This document shows, in pieces, positions 13,801 through 26,414 of a stretch of DNA of 64,000 bases. The notes beneath the pieces are model-generated. The model was not told the DNA's origin. It worked only from the letters and a program-made list of their open reading frames with translations, and searched no databases. Origin of the DNA: Eledone cirrhosa (Eukaryota); assembly GCA_964016885.1 (NCBI GenBank), contig OZ024750.1:22382001-22446000 (forward strand). Reading direction: 5' to 3'. The position numbers and the translations under genes are program-made. The stretch's first letter is position 1. Each line of letters opens with the position of its first letter.

Positions 13801-16269
13801 GTTGTGCCACTAGCGCACTACTTTACAGAATAGACACAGAGGAGACACTGGTGGGAGCGGGGTGAGAGTGGGGGTGGGGTGTCATACCAAAATATAAAGT
13901 CTAATTTGATGTTACCTGACAATTACGAAGTCGTGCTGCCCATGAAGGACAATTGGGGGGTAGAGAGTGTATAGACTGAGGTGAGGGTTGAGGTATTGAT
14001 GAAACCAACATCATTCCGGAGTCAGATTCACTCATTGTAGCTGACACTTCATTGGAGTCGGAATTATCCATATTTTCAAGTTGATCAACATCTGCAAATA
14101 AATAGAAAACAAATAATGTAAATATTGTTTCTTTGCTGAAATTTTATTGATTTTGTAAAAAAAAAAATTATTATTGATGAAGTTCATTGAAATGTCAAAC
14201 TGAATGAGAAATTGGGCAGCGCTAAAGTTTACCATATTTCCATCATTTCAATAACAAAATCAAATGATAAAATAGATACCACTTGACAGTAGATTTGGGA
14301 TATCATCATCATCGACATCATCATCACCATTTAATGTCCTTTTTCCATGTTTGCATGGATTAGACTGTTTGTCATATTCTAAGGTTAGACAGCTCACACT
14401 GTAAAGTGGAGGTGTAAAAGACATGGCAAAAAGCACCCAGCATACACTGTCAATGGGGTTGGTGTTAGGAAGAGCATCCAGCCATAAAAACCAGCCAGCA
14501 CTGTCACCTAACAGAATGAACTTGGTGCTTTTATATCATGGCACCAGCATTACCACCTGAAAAACCCAGCTGAAAATGGGTAGAAAATGTTTCATGTGAA
14601 TTAACTAAAAAACAAAGTGACTGGGGCCAGAAAAGAACAAATTTCTTCCTGAGTGAAGACTGGGGTACCTATGACTGTCACCTTCAATTAAGGTTGACTT
14701 GGTAGCATGTTTTAGGTGCTCATGTAGATACAGACACCCTCTCAAACATCTTGCCATCCTTGGATTTAGCAGAACATTGAGGATGTGATAGATAGAAGGA
14801 GAGAGGGCTGCACCTGCACTGGACTGCTTCTTTTTATATTGATCCAAAAGGATGAAAGGGAAAGTAGATCTTGGCAGAATTAGAAATCAGAATGCAGAGA
14901 ACTGGAACAAATGCCACAGTATATTCTATTTGATACTCTAACAACCCTGCCAATTCAACTGCCTTAACCTTATCATTACCATGTTTTTAATGGAACACAT
15001 TGCCTGTATGATTTTCAGTTAACTTTCAAAATAATCAAGAATTTGGAGGGATTTAGTAATATAACTAACTTCCATTATTTAGCCAATGTTTGGAACATAG
15101 CTTAACTCTTTCATTACCATATTTCTAATGAAATACAACCAATTTCAATTAATTATTAAAGAGTTTTGAGGGATTTACTAAAATTATAGTAACTTAAAAT
15201 TTGGTGCTTATGTGAAATTATGATAGAAGGTTTTAAAATAAAAATAAGGGTTTTAGATAACTATAAATACATTAAAATAAATATATTATATCATAGAATC
15301 AGTGCCAGTTTAAGTTGGGTTGGTATCAAAAGAGGTTAACAAGGGTTCTTACATATAATTATGATAGGTTTGTATCATAGAACCAGGGCCAGCTAGTTTT
15401 AGGCAATTTGGTAAAAAAAAAAAAAGGTTGAATACATGTAATAAGAATGGAAGAAATAATGATGAGTTTCTCAGATACTTATAAACAAATAATGGAACAA
15501 TAAAACATACCTGCAAGTTCTGCTTTTACTTCAAAATTATTGGCATTTACTGCAATAATCGTGGCAATTTCAGGGTTTACTGAGCTAGGCACAACCTGCC
15601 AAACCTTCTCACCACCATCAGATTGGGTTGAGTTTAGCAGTTCCTGAGCAGGGGAGGTAACTGCAATGATCTGTAGGTGGCCATTGGTTACAGGAGTAGC
15701 AAGTAAACTCTGTAATGTGGGAGCACCATTTTGATTACCTGTAAAAGAAAGTTCAACAATATCAACCATAATAATATGCTGTATGTATTTGTATACTTAT
15801 TTATATATATATCTGATTGTAGCTCTTTAAAATGTACACACACACAAACACACAATGCATTTCTTATCTCAGTCATGTTTGTTGCTATAATAAGAAGTTT
15901 GCTTCCGAATGCAAGGTCCTGTAAATAGCTATTTCTCCAAAGTTCCTCATACATTTAATTATATATGTCGTTTTTATATATATGCTGAACTTCCATTCAA
16001 AAAAAAAATTAAATTAAAAATAAAACCCTGGCAATGAAAATAAAAAAAAGATTTTTTTTACCCCCATTTTGAACAATCGCTGTTTCTGCATCTTGGCAAA
16101 TTGCTTGACTACCCTTTGGTAAGAGTGCAGCTATCGTCTCTGGTGACGTGTGAATTATTTCTATAGGGGTGCCAGAAGTGACGAGTTCCGCTCGGCTGAT
16201 TTCTTGGACACTGGCTGCTGTCAATAGTGATTCAGAAGCAGATGACAGGATCTGAACCCCTTCTGACAT
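4813..16269 (-). CDS. CARF: Calcium-responsive transcription factor (CaRF) orthologue; spliced CDS join(16269-16062,15738-15511,14091-13916,12949-12760,11980-11863,11009-10872,10017-9802,9450-9294,8314-8125,7256-7117,6971-6539,4865-4813), about 748 aa
   Basis: Manual splicing gives a continuous frame (2247 nt) with GT-AG at every junction. The central region [121 protein letters not shown] matches my recollection of the vertebrate CaRF DNA-binding domain. Confidence 0.92.
4983..6480. repeat. 30-bp minisatellite (GGAAGAGAGACAGTGGTGGCAGGGTGTAAT), about 50 copies, in CARF intron 11
   Basis: Directly visible tandem array. Confidence 0.97.
6539..6971 (-). CDS. CARF: CARF coding exon 11 (LPPIPSDV...LITVAVNR), Q/T/V-rich C-terminal region
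   Basis: cttgcag acceptor, GTAAG donor, 433 nt open, phase 0-1. Confidence 0.85.
7117..7256 (-). CDS. CARF: CARF coding exon 10 ([11 protein letters not shown]...GSFIQ)
   Basis: ttccag acceptor, GTAAAT donor, phase 1-0. Confidence 0.85.
7678..8025 (-). mobile_element. Two adjacent SINE family A copies
   Basis: Tail, central domain and B-box present twice; other copies at ~9113-9250, 20887-21190, 28128-28240, 39850-40060. Confidence 0.8.
8125..8314 (-). CDS. CARF: CARF coding exon 9 (QHLNLEII...[14 protein letters not shown])
   Basis: tttgtttag acceptor, GTAATG donor, phase 0-1. Confidence 0.85.
8745..9081 (-). mobile_element. SINE family B, full length
   Basis: Reverse complement of 43324-43660; many 3' fragments with (CAT)n tails occur throughout the window. 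Confidence 0.88.
9294..9450 (-). CDS. CARF: CARF coding exon 8 (NFVTKELY...[12 protein letters not shown]...HNA)
   Basis: Conserved FPTxNDxKNHIH motif; cag acceptor, GTAAG donor. Confidence 0.92.
9802..10017 (-). CDS. CARF: CARF coding exon 7 ([14 protein letters not shown]...IRKQLR)
   Basis: Conserved HxxH and RLHP motifs; tag acceptor, GTGAG donor. Confidence 0.92.
10872..11009 (-). CDS. CARF: CARF coding exon 6 ([12 protein letters not shown]...GQER)
   Basis: ttttccag acceptor, GTAGG donor, phase 2-2. Confidence 0.92.
11863..11980 (-). CDS. CARF: CARF coding exon 5 ([17 protein letters not shown]...TCPAR)
   Basis: Conserved Cys motifs; phase 1-2. Confidence 0.93.
12760..12949 (-). CDS. 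CARF: CARF coding exon 4 (MIGNSFRGY...DGIPFVNS)
   Basis: Signature [30 protein letters not shown]; AG acceptor, GTGAG donor. Confidence 0.95.
13916..14091 (-). CDS. CARF: CARF coding exon 3 (DVDQLENM...[11 protein letters not shown])
   Basis: tttgcag acceptor, GTAAC donor, phase 1-0; start of the conserved domain. Confidence 0.9.
14964..15430. mobile_element. Nested TTAA-type MITE, family 2
   Basis: TTAAC(C/T)CT..CATTACCAT..TTCTAATGAAA ... TTGGTATCAAAAG.GGTTAA; relatives at ~100-335, 20388, 25140-25670, 31660-31855, 39230-39428, 42161-42365, 42599-43030. Confidence 0.6.
15511..15738 (-). CDS. CARF: CARF coding exon 2 ([10 protein letters not shown]...VKAELA)
   Basis: ttttacag acceptor, GTATGT donor, phase 1-1, open frame. 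Confidence 0.82.
16062..16269 (-). CDS. CARF: CARF coding exon 1 ([10 protein letters not shown]...IVQNG)
   Basis: Acceptor ttattttacag precedes 16279, ATG at 16269, donor GTAAAA; ends in phase 1. Confidence 0.8.
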
Positions 16270-16383
16270 GATTGCTCACCTGTAAAATAAAATGAAAAAA
16301 AAATAAGAAATGTATATCTCACCCCTATTCAGATTTAGCTGGCCTCCCATAAGGTTGTATATCATAGTAAGTTTCTTGAGTGT

Positions 16384-16415
<32 letters not shown>

Positions 16416-16523
16416 TATATAAAACTCCTGTCTCATGTAACAACGAATTGTGAGGTACAATAAAGTACTGTTCTCACATTTGGGATGATTTTACAGCATC
16501 TAGAGGGAAGCTACTTGACATGT

Positions 16524-16695
16524 AGGTGCAGGCATGGCTTTGTGGTTAAATAGTTTGATTCACAACCACATTGAGATAGATTAATTTACACTGAATGGAA
16601 CATTAGGAAAACATCTTCTATTCTAGCCTCAAGTTGACCAATGTTTAGTGAGTCAAATTTGGTATTTGAAAACTGTGGGGAAGCCCATTGTTTGC

Positions 16696-16700
<5 letters not shown>
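16524..16700 (+). mobile_element. tRNA-derived SINE, family C
   Basis: GGTGCAGGCATGGC..GTGGTTAA head and TTGTGAGTG.ATTTGGTAGACGGAAACTG-type 3' part; relatives at ~33055, 35730, 39027, 42396, 43080, 44390, 58150, 63560. Confidence 0.75.
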
Positions 16701-16738
<38 letters not shown>

Positions 16739-17539
16739 ATTGTATTTACAAAGCTTTGAACAAATTATGAATTTTTAATATATGATAGCTTAAAGTGAGC
16801 TGCTTCAATGCAGGATTTTTTACTCTGAAAAATAGTCGAAGGTAATCATATAAGCCCCTAGAGATAGAAACAAATTGGACAGCATTGTGTGTGTATATAT
16901 ACATGCATACACATATATTTATATGTGTATATCTGTGATTATGTTTACTATTTGATTATGGCACATAATTTAGCTGTTTGACAAAATGAGATTGATAAAA
17001 TAAGTACTGGGGTCAATATATGTTTGACTAAATCCTTTCAAAGTGGTGCCCTAATATGGCAGCAGGCTAATGACTAAAACAAATAAAAAAGTAAAGTTAT
17101 TCACAGCCAGACTCTAGGCTGTATCATCTCTTTGTCTTTCCTGCTGCTACTGCAATGGTCTCTGTTCCTCAGACCTCACTGATCTCTACTCAGACTCTCC
17201 TGACACATATCTCTGCTCTTCTAACCACCCATTTTGTGTTCAACCCCCATCCTCTGGCCCCACATTAACCATTAGTCCTTTCTACCCAGAATTCCCTCTC
17301 TGCTCAAGTCTTCTCTATATGCATTGATTTGAAACAATTTAAACAAAACATCAAGGGCCTTAATTTCACTGGTCTTGGAGAGTCAGTGAAGGCCACGGGC
17401 ACTGCCCCTTCATACAGGCCGACCAAATGAAAGAATTTGTTTAAATCAGACTGAGAATAGTTGCCATTGTTATTGTTGCGTATTATTTTTATTTATGTGC
17501 AAATTGGTTGCAGGTTTGTGCATCCATAGTTTACAATGG

Positions 17540-18395
17540 GGACATCATATGGAACATTTATGATTTCCTTCCTAGTAGTAGTATCTTCTTTCCTACTTAT
17601 TAAAACTTTAGTCTTTTCTAAGTTTATTTTGAGGCCCTTTGTTTCGAGGTTTTGCTTCTGTCTGGAATTTCTTTTCTAAATCTGCAATAGATTCAGTTAT
17701 AAAAATTAGATAACAGTTTCTCTATTCTGGCTGCTGGGACCATGAACTAACATTTGCTTGGGGGGTTTTGCATGTTTGAGAGACAGAGTGGACTTTCAGC
17801 AGGGAGTTCATAATGACTTTTCATCAACTGGTATGTGTTGGTACCATTAGTCACTACATACACAAGATACTATTAAGCGAAATTTTCCACACACAAAGTG
17901 TACAACTAGATCATCAATATACATGTTCCCAAAGACAGTTGCTCTTAACTCCTGTGTTATGGCTTAAAGTAAGAGAGTGCTGGAGACTGAGCTTTAACAG
18001 ACTCCTACTTGAAAACTAACTTCTTTATGGTACTCATTGTTAACCCTCACCTTGCTGACTACAGCTTTGTACATGGCTTGCACAGTTCTCACAAGTAAAT
18101 TTATTTACATCTAGTTTTTTTAGCAACCACTAGAATATGGAACCCTGTCAAAAGCCTTCCTCCGTATCAAGAAATGCTAGATACCATGGCTTAGTAAAGT
18201 ACTTCTGCAGTTGTCTCACAAGGAAGAGTATATTGACAGTATCTCTTTTAGACTCAAACCCAAAATGTATCTCATCTAAGTTGCAAATTTTGTTCCTATT
18301 CAGTTATCCTACAACTCTCTTAAAATCCTTCATAACCCATGCCATCAACTTGATACCTCAGTAGTTTCCCCTCTCAAATGAATACCCTGTCCTTG
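17540..18395 (-). mobile_element. Degenerate RTE-type LINE reverse-transcriptase fragment
   Basis: Broken minus-strand frames resembling RT motifs (NYxGIKL, VQAMY...KVRVNNEY, GLKINLEKTKV). Confidence 0.7.
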
Positions 18396-20037
18396 TGAGT
18401 GTATATATATATATATATATATATACATCTATATATATATCACCCATGCTAGCATGGAAAAATGGATAAAAACAGTGATGATGATGATGATGATATATAT
18501 ATATTCTTAATTTAGGCTAAACTTAAGGGAATTTATTTCTAAAGTGTCGGCAACTGAATGGAGACAATATAGAGTTTGAGAGGACCCTTCAGTCTGGATG
18601 AGGATGAGAAAACCTCTCTAGTGCTGATACATTATAAAATACACCCAGTAAAGCCTGTAAGGTGGTTATCATTAGAAAGACATCCAGCTGTAGAAGCAAT
18701 GCCAAAATATTAACAAGATGGATCACTCTGACCTGTTTAGTCTCAGACTGTGACAACTCATCCAGCCCATGCCAGCATGGAAAGTGGATGTAAAAGGATG
18801 ATGATGATACTGTATTCTTACTGCAAAGTACACCTGTGTATTTGCCACAAAGTCTAACATCTACCTGCAATCTCACTACACCTCGTGTGCATCCGTTGTA
18901 AGGAATTTCTACCAATGCGTATGTGTATAAGTATCCAGGTTTTAGAATAGACAAACCATATTCTTGCATGTTAAAAGAAGTGACTAAAAAGATTAATGTC
19001 AGGAAGGGCATCCGGTTGAAAAATACTATCCTAAAAAGTCCCATCAAACCCATGCCAGAATGGAAAAACAAACGTAAAAACGATGATGATAATATATACT
19101 TTTATCCCATTTTATTTATTTATATACACATAATTTTTTCACATTTTTATAAATCATTTATATATATATACATATAGTTTTTTCTTTATACAAACTTTTT
19201 GGTTTCTGACTGACCAACTTGTAATATATTTTATATTCTCTTAAATATCAGAAAACAATTTCGTGATCAGCAATACTCATGAAAGTGAGTAGTGACTGAG
19301 TGTAATCTCAACACTACAATAAATATTTATACATTCTACTTCTGTATTGAAGACTTGTCTTCTTGTATGTAAAACTCAAACATAGACGATTTCATAATGG
19401 ACTGAAACAGAATTAGTCTTGTAAAGGTCATTTCTCAAGGAAATAAAGTACCCCCTCTACCTAATGTATTGAGTACCTTACTTTAATTGTAGTTCAACTA
19501 TATATATATATATAATTTTCTCACAGACTGAAACAGAACTAGTCCTGTAAAAGTCACTTGCCAATGAAATAAAATAAAGTATCCCCTTTTATTTGATATA
19601 GAGTACCTTGCTTTGATTGTTGTTCCCTTCCATTTTTTTAACAGAACACCACTCTAATATATTACCTTTTCTGTTCATTCTATGTTACAGACACTTGATA
19701 GGGGGAATATTGTGTAGGTGGGGGTTGACAGAGAAGACAGGTGGGGTGGAAAGATTTCATAGTGAAATCAACTATATAAAAGTAAGAGTTCCACCAAGGA
19801 ACGATTTGTTGATAAATTATTTTACGATTTATTTAATGTAAAAATCTTTGTGTATTCAAGCATACACTTGCACACACATGTATATAAAAACATATATATA
19901 CACACACGCGTATGTGTGCATATGTATGTACTATTTGCAGCTGTTAAGCTATATAAGTAACTAGGGGCCTAGTATCGTGCCAAAGGACTTGGGTACAAAA
20001 CACTAGACCATAAGTCACAGATATATGTATGTGTGCG

Positions 20038-20071
<34 letters not shown>

Positions 20072-20650
20072 TAGATAGATGTGTGTATATATATAGAGAT
20101 GTGAAGCTGCAAACACATATATTAGTCATACACCCATAACGAATAATTCTGCTGACGTAAAACGAAAGATCGTCGAAAGAGGGTAGTTGCATGCTTAGTT
20201 CACCGGTAAATAACAACTGTATGAGGGACCCCATATTCACTAGTTTAGGAACCTTTCGAGGTTTTCAGGAGAAAAAAAAAAAGAGTATATAATTGTATTA
20301 TTTCATTTGCACACTCTGAAATACACTTTATAGCATATTGTATGAAATGCGTAGTGGAAATGAAGCACATTTTAGAGTAAAAACGATTAACTCTTCCGTT
20401 TCCATATTTCTAATAAAAGACACTGCCTGTGATTTTTAAATAATTTTGAAAACAATCAAGAATTTAGAAGGATTTAGTAATATAATTATCTCATAATTTA
20501 GCTGGTATTTGGAACATAACTTAACAAAGGTTCTTGCATAAAATTATGATGGAAGGATATTTTTGATAAATATAAACACATTAATGTTGATTATAGGTCC
20601 AGGTCAGTTAAAACCTAGTCGTGATCATCTCGTTTTATTTTCAGACATAG

Positions 20651-20682
<32 letters not shown>

Positions 20683-21429
20683 CAGAGACTACATTATCCC
20701 AATATACCCCTTCTTTGGGCTGGTATTTCTAACAGGTAGAGCAACTAGATAGCGGTTTCTCGACTTTATTAAGTGTTTGTTTACCCAGAATTTTAGCGGA
20801 GATGATTAACACAAATAGAGATTTATAATTCGGTAATACAGAAGGCAGGCAGTAAACGAGACGGTTTCTATCAAGGATGTAGTTTAATAACTGTTTCTAC
20901 TTTTGGCACAAGGCCAGCAATTATTCCAGTGTATTACTGGTACTTTATTTTATCGACCCTGTAAGGATGAAAGGCAAAGTTAACCTCAATTTCTAACAAG
21001 ACCAGTAATTTAGGGTCGAGGGAAATGCGATTAAATCGACCCCTGTACTTAAATGGTACTTTCGTTTGTCGATCTCGGAAGGATGAAAGGCAAAGTTGAC
21101 CTCGGCAGGATTTGAACTCAAAACGCAAAGAACTGGAACTAAATGCCACTAACCATTTTATCCGATGTTCTAATGATTCTGCCAATCCATTACCCTAATG
21201 TGGTTTAATAAGGAAAAACGAAAACAAACAACACAAAATGGGAATAAATGGTAAAAGTAGAGTGCGCATAATAAAAATATTACGATGAAATTATAGAATG
21301 GTGCCATATTCTGTAACAAGGTACTAAAGTATCTTAATAACGTACCAATCAAGTACTATTGGGTTAATTGATAATGGTAGTGTGAAAATGTAAGATCTCT
21401 GCCTGTGTACACAGCATAATTAAACTGAG

Positions 21430-21920
21430 CAGATCTATGATCCTAAACATTTCAGCTATGATTATCTTAATTTCAGATATAAGGTAGTTCTATACCTTTA
21501 GATACATTAGGTTGTAATGTCAAGGGAATTTGGCTGTTAGGGTTAAGGACTCTCTAGTTAACTTAGCCTAACGACATATGATCAAAAACATTCCAAACAT
21601 GACTATCCCATCTTAATTTCAGACATAAGGTACTTATGTATAATTCCATTTTCTTATATATATAAAAGATAGGTTCTAACTTTAGGGAGGTTTGGCTGTT
21701 ATTTATAGCAAACAAGTCAAGTGACGTAGAGGCCCCTTCCCACTCGATCTATGATCAAAAGCATTCCAGCCATGATCATCTCATCTTAATTACGGATATG
21801 AGATAATGTAGTTCTAGATGCATTATGTATACTTCCATTTTTTAAAGACGGTTGTAAGTTCGGGAAGATATGGTTGTTATTTCTAGCAAGCAATAGGTTG
21901 AGTGACGACTACATAGTAAG
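21430..21920 (+). repeat. Three diverged tandem copies of a ~150-bp dispersed repeat (ATGATCAAAAGCATTCCAGC...TTTGGCTGTTATTTCTAGC)
   Basis: Related copies at ~20600-20760, 31370-31610, 31960-32140, 63340-63425. Confidence 0.65.
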
Positions 21921-22299
21921 ACTGCCTTTTAACTCTAGACTATCGATAAAGTAAATGATAATTGTACGAGAACAAATATCGATTATATAATTCATTGTGT
22001 CTGTATGTGTATGAGGGTACATGTCTATATGTGCACCCAAGAAAGATAGGTTCCTTGAGGGACGAAGACAAAACAGAAGGATATTTTAAATACAGGGCGA
22101 AGAAAACATTTTTTAACAGAAGCTTGAGTGTGAGAAAATGACAACGATTTGGGTACATAAGATGGTGATTTATGCAGTAAAATGGCAGTGAAACAGTGAA
22201 TGACATATTGATATATATGAAAATTATAATATCCTCAGAAACAACCACAACTGAGTCCGTAATTTAAGGGTCCATCCTAGAAGGACCAAGAGTGGCTAG

Positions 22300-22670
22300 A
22301 ACTCACAACCTCAACCCAACAAATAAATCAAGCTTTAAAGCGAAAACGAGTCACAAACCTCGAAATCGTCCCAAAACCTCGACTTCAAGATGGCGATGAA
22401 ACTGAGGCCAAAATATGTGTATATGTATCTGTGTCAATCCTGTGTATGAGAGTGTGTGTGCTTAGGTGTACGTATAGTGTGCGCGTGTGTGTCTATGTTT
22501 CTATATCATATTTATGTGTACGTTGTATTCAGCTGTGCGTATAGATTGTGTGTGTATATTTAGCAGTGCCCGCATATATGTATATGTGTGTGTGTTATAT
22601 ATCATATGTAGAAGTGTGTGTATGTTAAACATTACGCGCTAATCGAACTTGGTAGATGGCGCTATGTAAT
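22300..22670 (-). promoter_or_regulatory. Candidate CARF promoter / non-coding first exon
   Basis: Locally CpG-richer. YY1-type CAAGATGGCG at 22386-22395, CTCF-like TAGATGGCGCTA at 22653-22664, minus-strand GTGAGT donor at 22306-22301. CARF exon 1 begins with an acceptor, so an upstream exon is required. Confidence 0.45.
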
Positions 22671-23959
22671 AACCTCGTTCACTGGAGATCTCTCCCATAA
22701 AAAAATATTTCTATTTATTTCCTTCAAACGTTAGAAATTTATGATAATTACACTTTTTGAAAATTTGTTTTGATCAGGAAATTTTACAGATCATATTTCA
22801 TAATGTCTATTGCAAAAAACTTTACTAAAATGAAAATGGAGACTTTTTAGTTTCTATTTAGAATTTCCAAATCTATTTAAAAATAAATTCTTTCTGTATA
22901 CGAACTGCTGATTTGAAAACTATATTAGAAAAAAAATGATATATGTGGGTGTATATAATAATTGTTCTATAAATAAAGGAGAATGCTTTTATAACTGAAA
23001 GTATAAAAAGGAAGGGAAAATATGAGATTATTATACACAGGCCTTAGAAAAGTTCTACCTAGGACTCGAACGAGGGACTCAGTTTATATTAAGTGAGTTA
23101 AGAACTAAACCCTGAAAGGCATTAACCGCATTGATACTTTACATTACGTTTTTGTATAAGACTGGATTTGGTTATAATAACTTTATATTTGTCTTAATTC
23201 TACCTCATCTCATGTGCGAAGCCCAATATTTTCAGTGTTTGTTTACGCACTTTTAGTTATGAATCTGTCACCAAATTACTACTTTTTCACCCTGCATGTA
23301 TTATAGATTTTTATTCTCATCTATATCATCAGACCTATGCAAAGCTGGTTGTAAGCTCACCCCACATGTACAAATGGAGCCCCCCAAAATTAGTAATAAG
23401 CTTAGGCCAGATATGAAATATAGGCTCCATTTCAAACTGTCCATAAAGCATTTTAGTAATCAATGTAAAATAAATATATATACTTCGTTTTTGTATTTGT
23501 TTTGCAAGATTTCTTATCTGAAAACGTGTTAAAACAGATATTGTTATACTTTGGCAGGGTCATGCTACCAATAAAAAACACACGCACTTGATTGATTTCA
23601 CTTCAATTTATTATAAACTTCCAATCTGAGAGTTTATAATATAACAATTATATAACACACACATGTTACAATTATATGCACACACATGCTATAATTATAT
23701 ACATGTACATCATCATGTATTTACAAAAAATGCTAGGAATAGGGTCTTATCATTAAAATATCCAAGGAACCTCCTGTGAGATGCAACCTCACTGAAGGCC
23801 AACTAAACCTACACAGGTGTGAGTCATAACAACTTACAATTAATAGAATAAAATAACTAAAACTTGAAAGCAATAGGTTCCACCCACCCTCAGAATTGTA
23901 ACAACTGATTCACCTGGTGCTCATTCTTGTCTGGCTTCATATCAGCATATTTACCTATA

Positions 23960-24454
23960 TACAGAGAGTTCAGAGAGCTTATACCACTATTAGCCGCTAA
24001 AGGGTTCTCCCTAAAAATGAAAGGCAGGTTATATGATGCCTGCATACGAACAGCAATGCTGCATGGCAGTGAGACCTGGGCATTGTGTGCAGAGGATGTA
24101 CGCAGACTAGAGAGGAACGAAGCTTGCATGCTCCGCTGGATGTGTAATAGTAATATACGTGAACGGCTAAGCATAAACGAACTAAGGAAAAAATTAGAAA
24201 TAAGAGGGATCAGATGTTGTTTACTCGAGAGAAGGCTACGTTGGTATGGTCACGTGATGCGCATGAAAGACGACAGCTGTATAACAAAGTGCAGGGCAAT
24301 AAAGATAGACGGTAGCCACGGAGTAGGCAGACCCAGAAAAACCTGGGACGACATGATAAATTCCGACCTCACACGCTTACACCTCTCCAAGACAATGTCA
24401 CTGGACCGAGACCTTTGGCGGTACTCAGTAATAGAGAAGACCCGCCTTACCTAA
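23960..24454 (+). mobile_element. 5'-truncated RTE-clade LINE, C-terminal ORF segment
   Basis: KGRLYDACIRTAMLHGSETW..ERNEACMLRWM..RRLRWYGHVMRM..GRPRKTW is typical of the RTE post-RT region; frame intact. Confidence 0.9.
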
Positions 24455-25873
24455 ATACAAAGTAAAACCTACTACAGTCAGTAGGCATCTCTAACAAAAC
24501 ACCCAATCCTAATGGCTTCACAATTGGAAGGGATATTAATTCTGGTTTATGCACATATAAGTAAGTTCCAACTTAATGTAGTGAGTGAAGTGACTAGCAT
24601 TCAGTTGACATGAGAATCCATGAAGACCCCCCCCCCCAATATTGAGGGTTTCACCCCATCCACATCACTTTCCCACACACACATCAACTCTGATTCTGAG
24701 AATGATATAGATATGCAGAAATCATCTAGCCAAAGTAAGCTTGCAATGTTTGCTGTAGCCAAAGCAACAACCCACTCCCCAGAAAGTTTGGAACTCACAG
24801 AGTAGGTGGCAATCCTCATTATACATTCAGCTGTTTCATACTTGCTCACACAAAACATTGATTTTCATTAGGCCAGGGTTTATTCTAAGGAAATTTTAGA
24901 AGTGCACAAATCTTTGAGGCAGGCGTTTGTTATTCTCTGAGTCTGAGAAGCATTTGTAATAGGTATTTTTTTAACATATGAGTGTTTTACATCATTTACT
25001 ATTTAAGCACATGTAGTATTGGACATAAAATGTAAACACTGCATAAAGTTAGATTCAGAATTACATAGGTAGGGGTCAGGTGCATGCAAAAATAATCACT
25101 GCACTAAATTTTCTCAAAGCCACCCAGTCTATAGACTTTGAACCCTTTAGATACCAAACTTCTCGGGACTGGCTCAGGTTCCATGATATAAAACTGTATG
25201 TTTTAGAGTGTTTATCATTAAGATCATTTAACATCCATTTTCCCTGCTAGCAAGGGTTGGACAGGCTATCAATGACTGAGTGCAGCTACTGACCTCCTAG
25301 ATGGGCTGAAGGCCTGTATCTCGCTTACATGTGTTCCTGTACGCTACCTGGTGCATTTTATCTTGGCACCAGTGGTTATTATGTCTTTGACACTGCTGAA
25401 GAGTCCTTTCAACCCTCAGTTTAGATTTTCTACAGCTGGATACCTTTCCTATCACCAACCACTTTACAAATTGTGCAGGGTCACTAGGGAGGGCATCATG
25501 TCTTTGACACAACTGAAATTTATCTAAAATCTTTCCATCATAATTTTATGTAAAGACATTTGTAAAGTTATGCTTAATAATGAGAAAGTTAGTTATACTA
25601 CCAAATCTTTGCAAATTTTTGATTATTTTCAAAATGATTTCATTAGAAATATGGCAATGAAACATTTAAAAGCTCTCTCTAGATTAACACATGAATTATA
25701 ATAGGACAACTGCTATAATAGCTATATAAAAATAAACCTTGTGTGATTTCTCAAAAATCTAAACATTGCATTCATAACTTGAATCTTTTCATTGAAACTT
25801 GTGATATTACTTTCTATTACACTTAATTCATACAAAGTTGCATACATACATTCATATATGTATGTGTGTGTGC

Positions 25874-25955
<82 letters not shown>

Positions 25956-25957
<2 letters not shown>

Positions 25958-26137
25958 GTTATTCCGGGTTGAATCGGAGGTAACCACAGTAAGTAAGAAT
26001 GAAACAGTTCTAGTCCTGTAGAATCTCATCTATATTAAAACTTATATATATATATATATATATAAAAACTTTTATACTCTGCTATGTATTGAGTACCTTA
26101 CTTACTGTGGTTACCTACGATTCAACTCAGAATAACG

Positions 26138-26138
<1 letters not shown>
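25956..26138 (+). mobile_element. 5'-truncated element preceded by an inverted copy of its own 3' end, in (TA)n
   Basis: 25956-25997 is an inverted match to 26097-26138; body shares GAAACAGTTCTAGTCCTGTAGAA with 1947-1969. Confidence 0.6.
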
Positions 26139-26220
<82 letters not shown>

Positions 26221-26414
26221 CATTCCTGCTAGGAAGAAGCTGGTTTCCAATAAAGAAACAAAGCCTGGACTATCTCCCAATGACAAACCCCATACTCACT
26301 ATTTTGCCAGTTACTTCTTTCCTAGCATGTCAACCATCTGGAATTTTCTCATTCACATTTATTCCTTAGACTTTGACTTGTAGATATTCAAATTGATTAT
26401 GAAGTATACCAATA

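Noticed and set aside
24601-24858. Short non-repetitive ORFs on both strands
   Set aside because: No recognisable domain and no convincing splice sites linking them to either gene.
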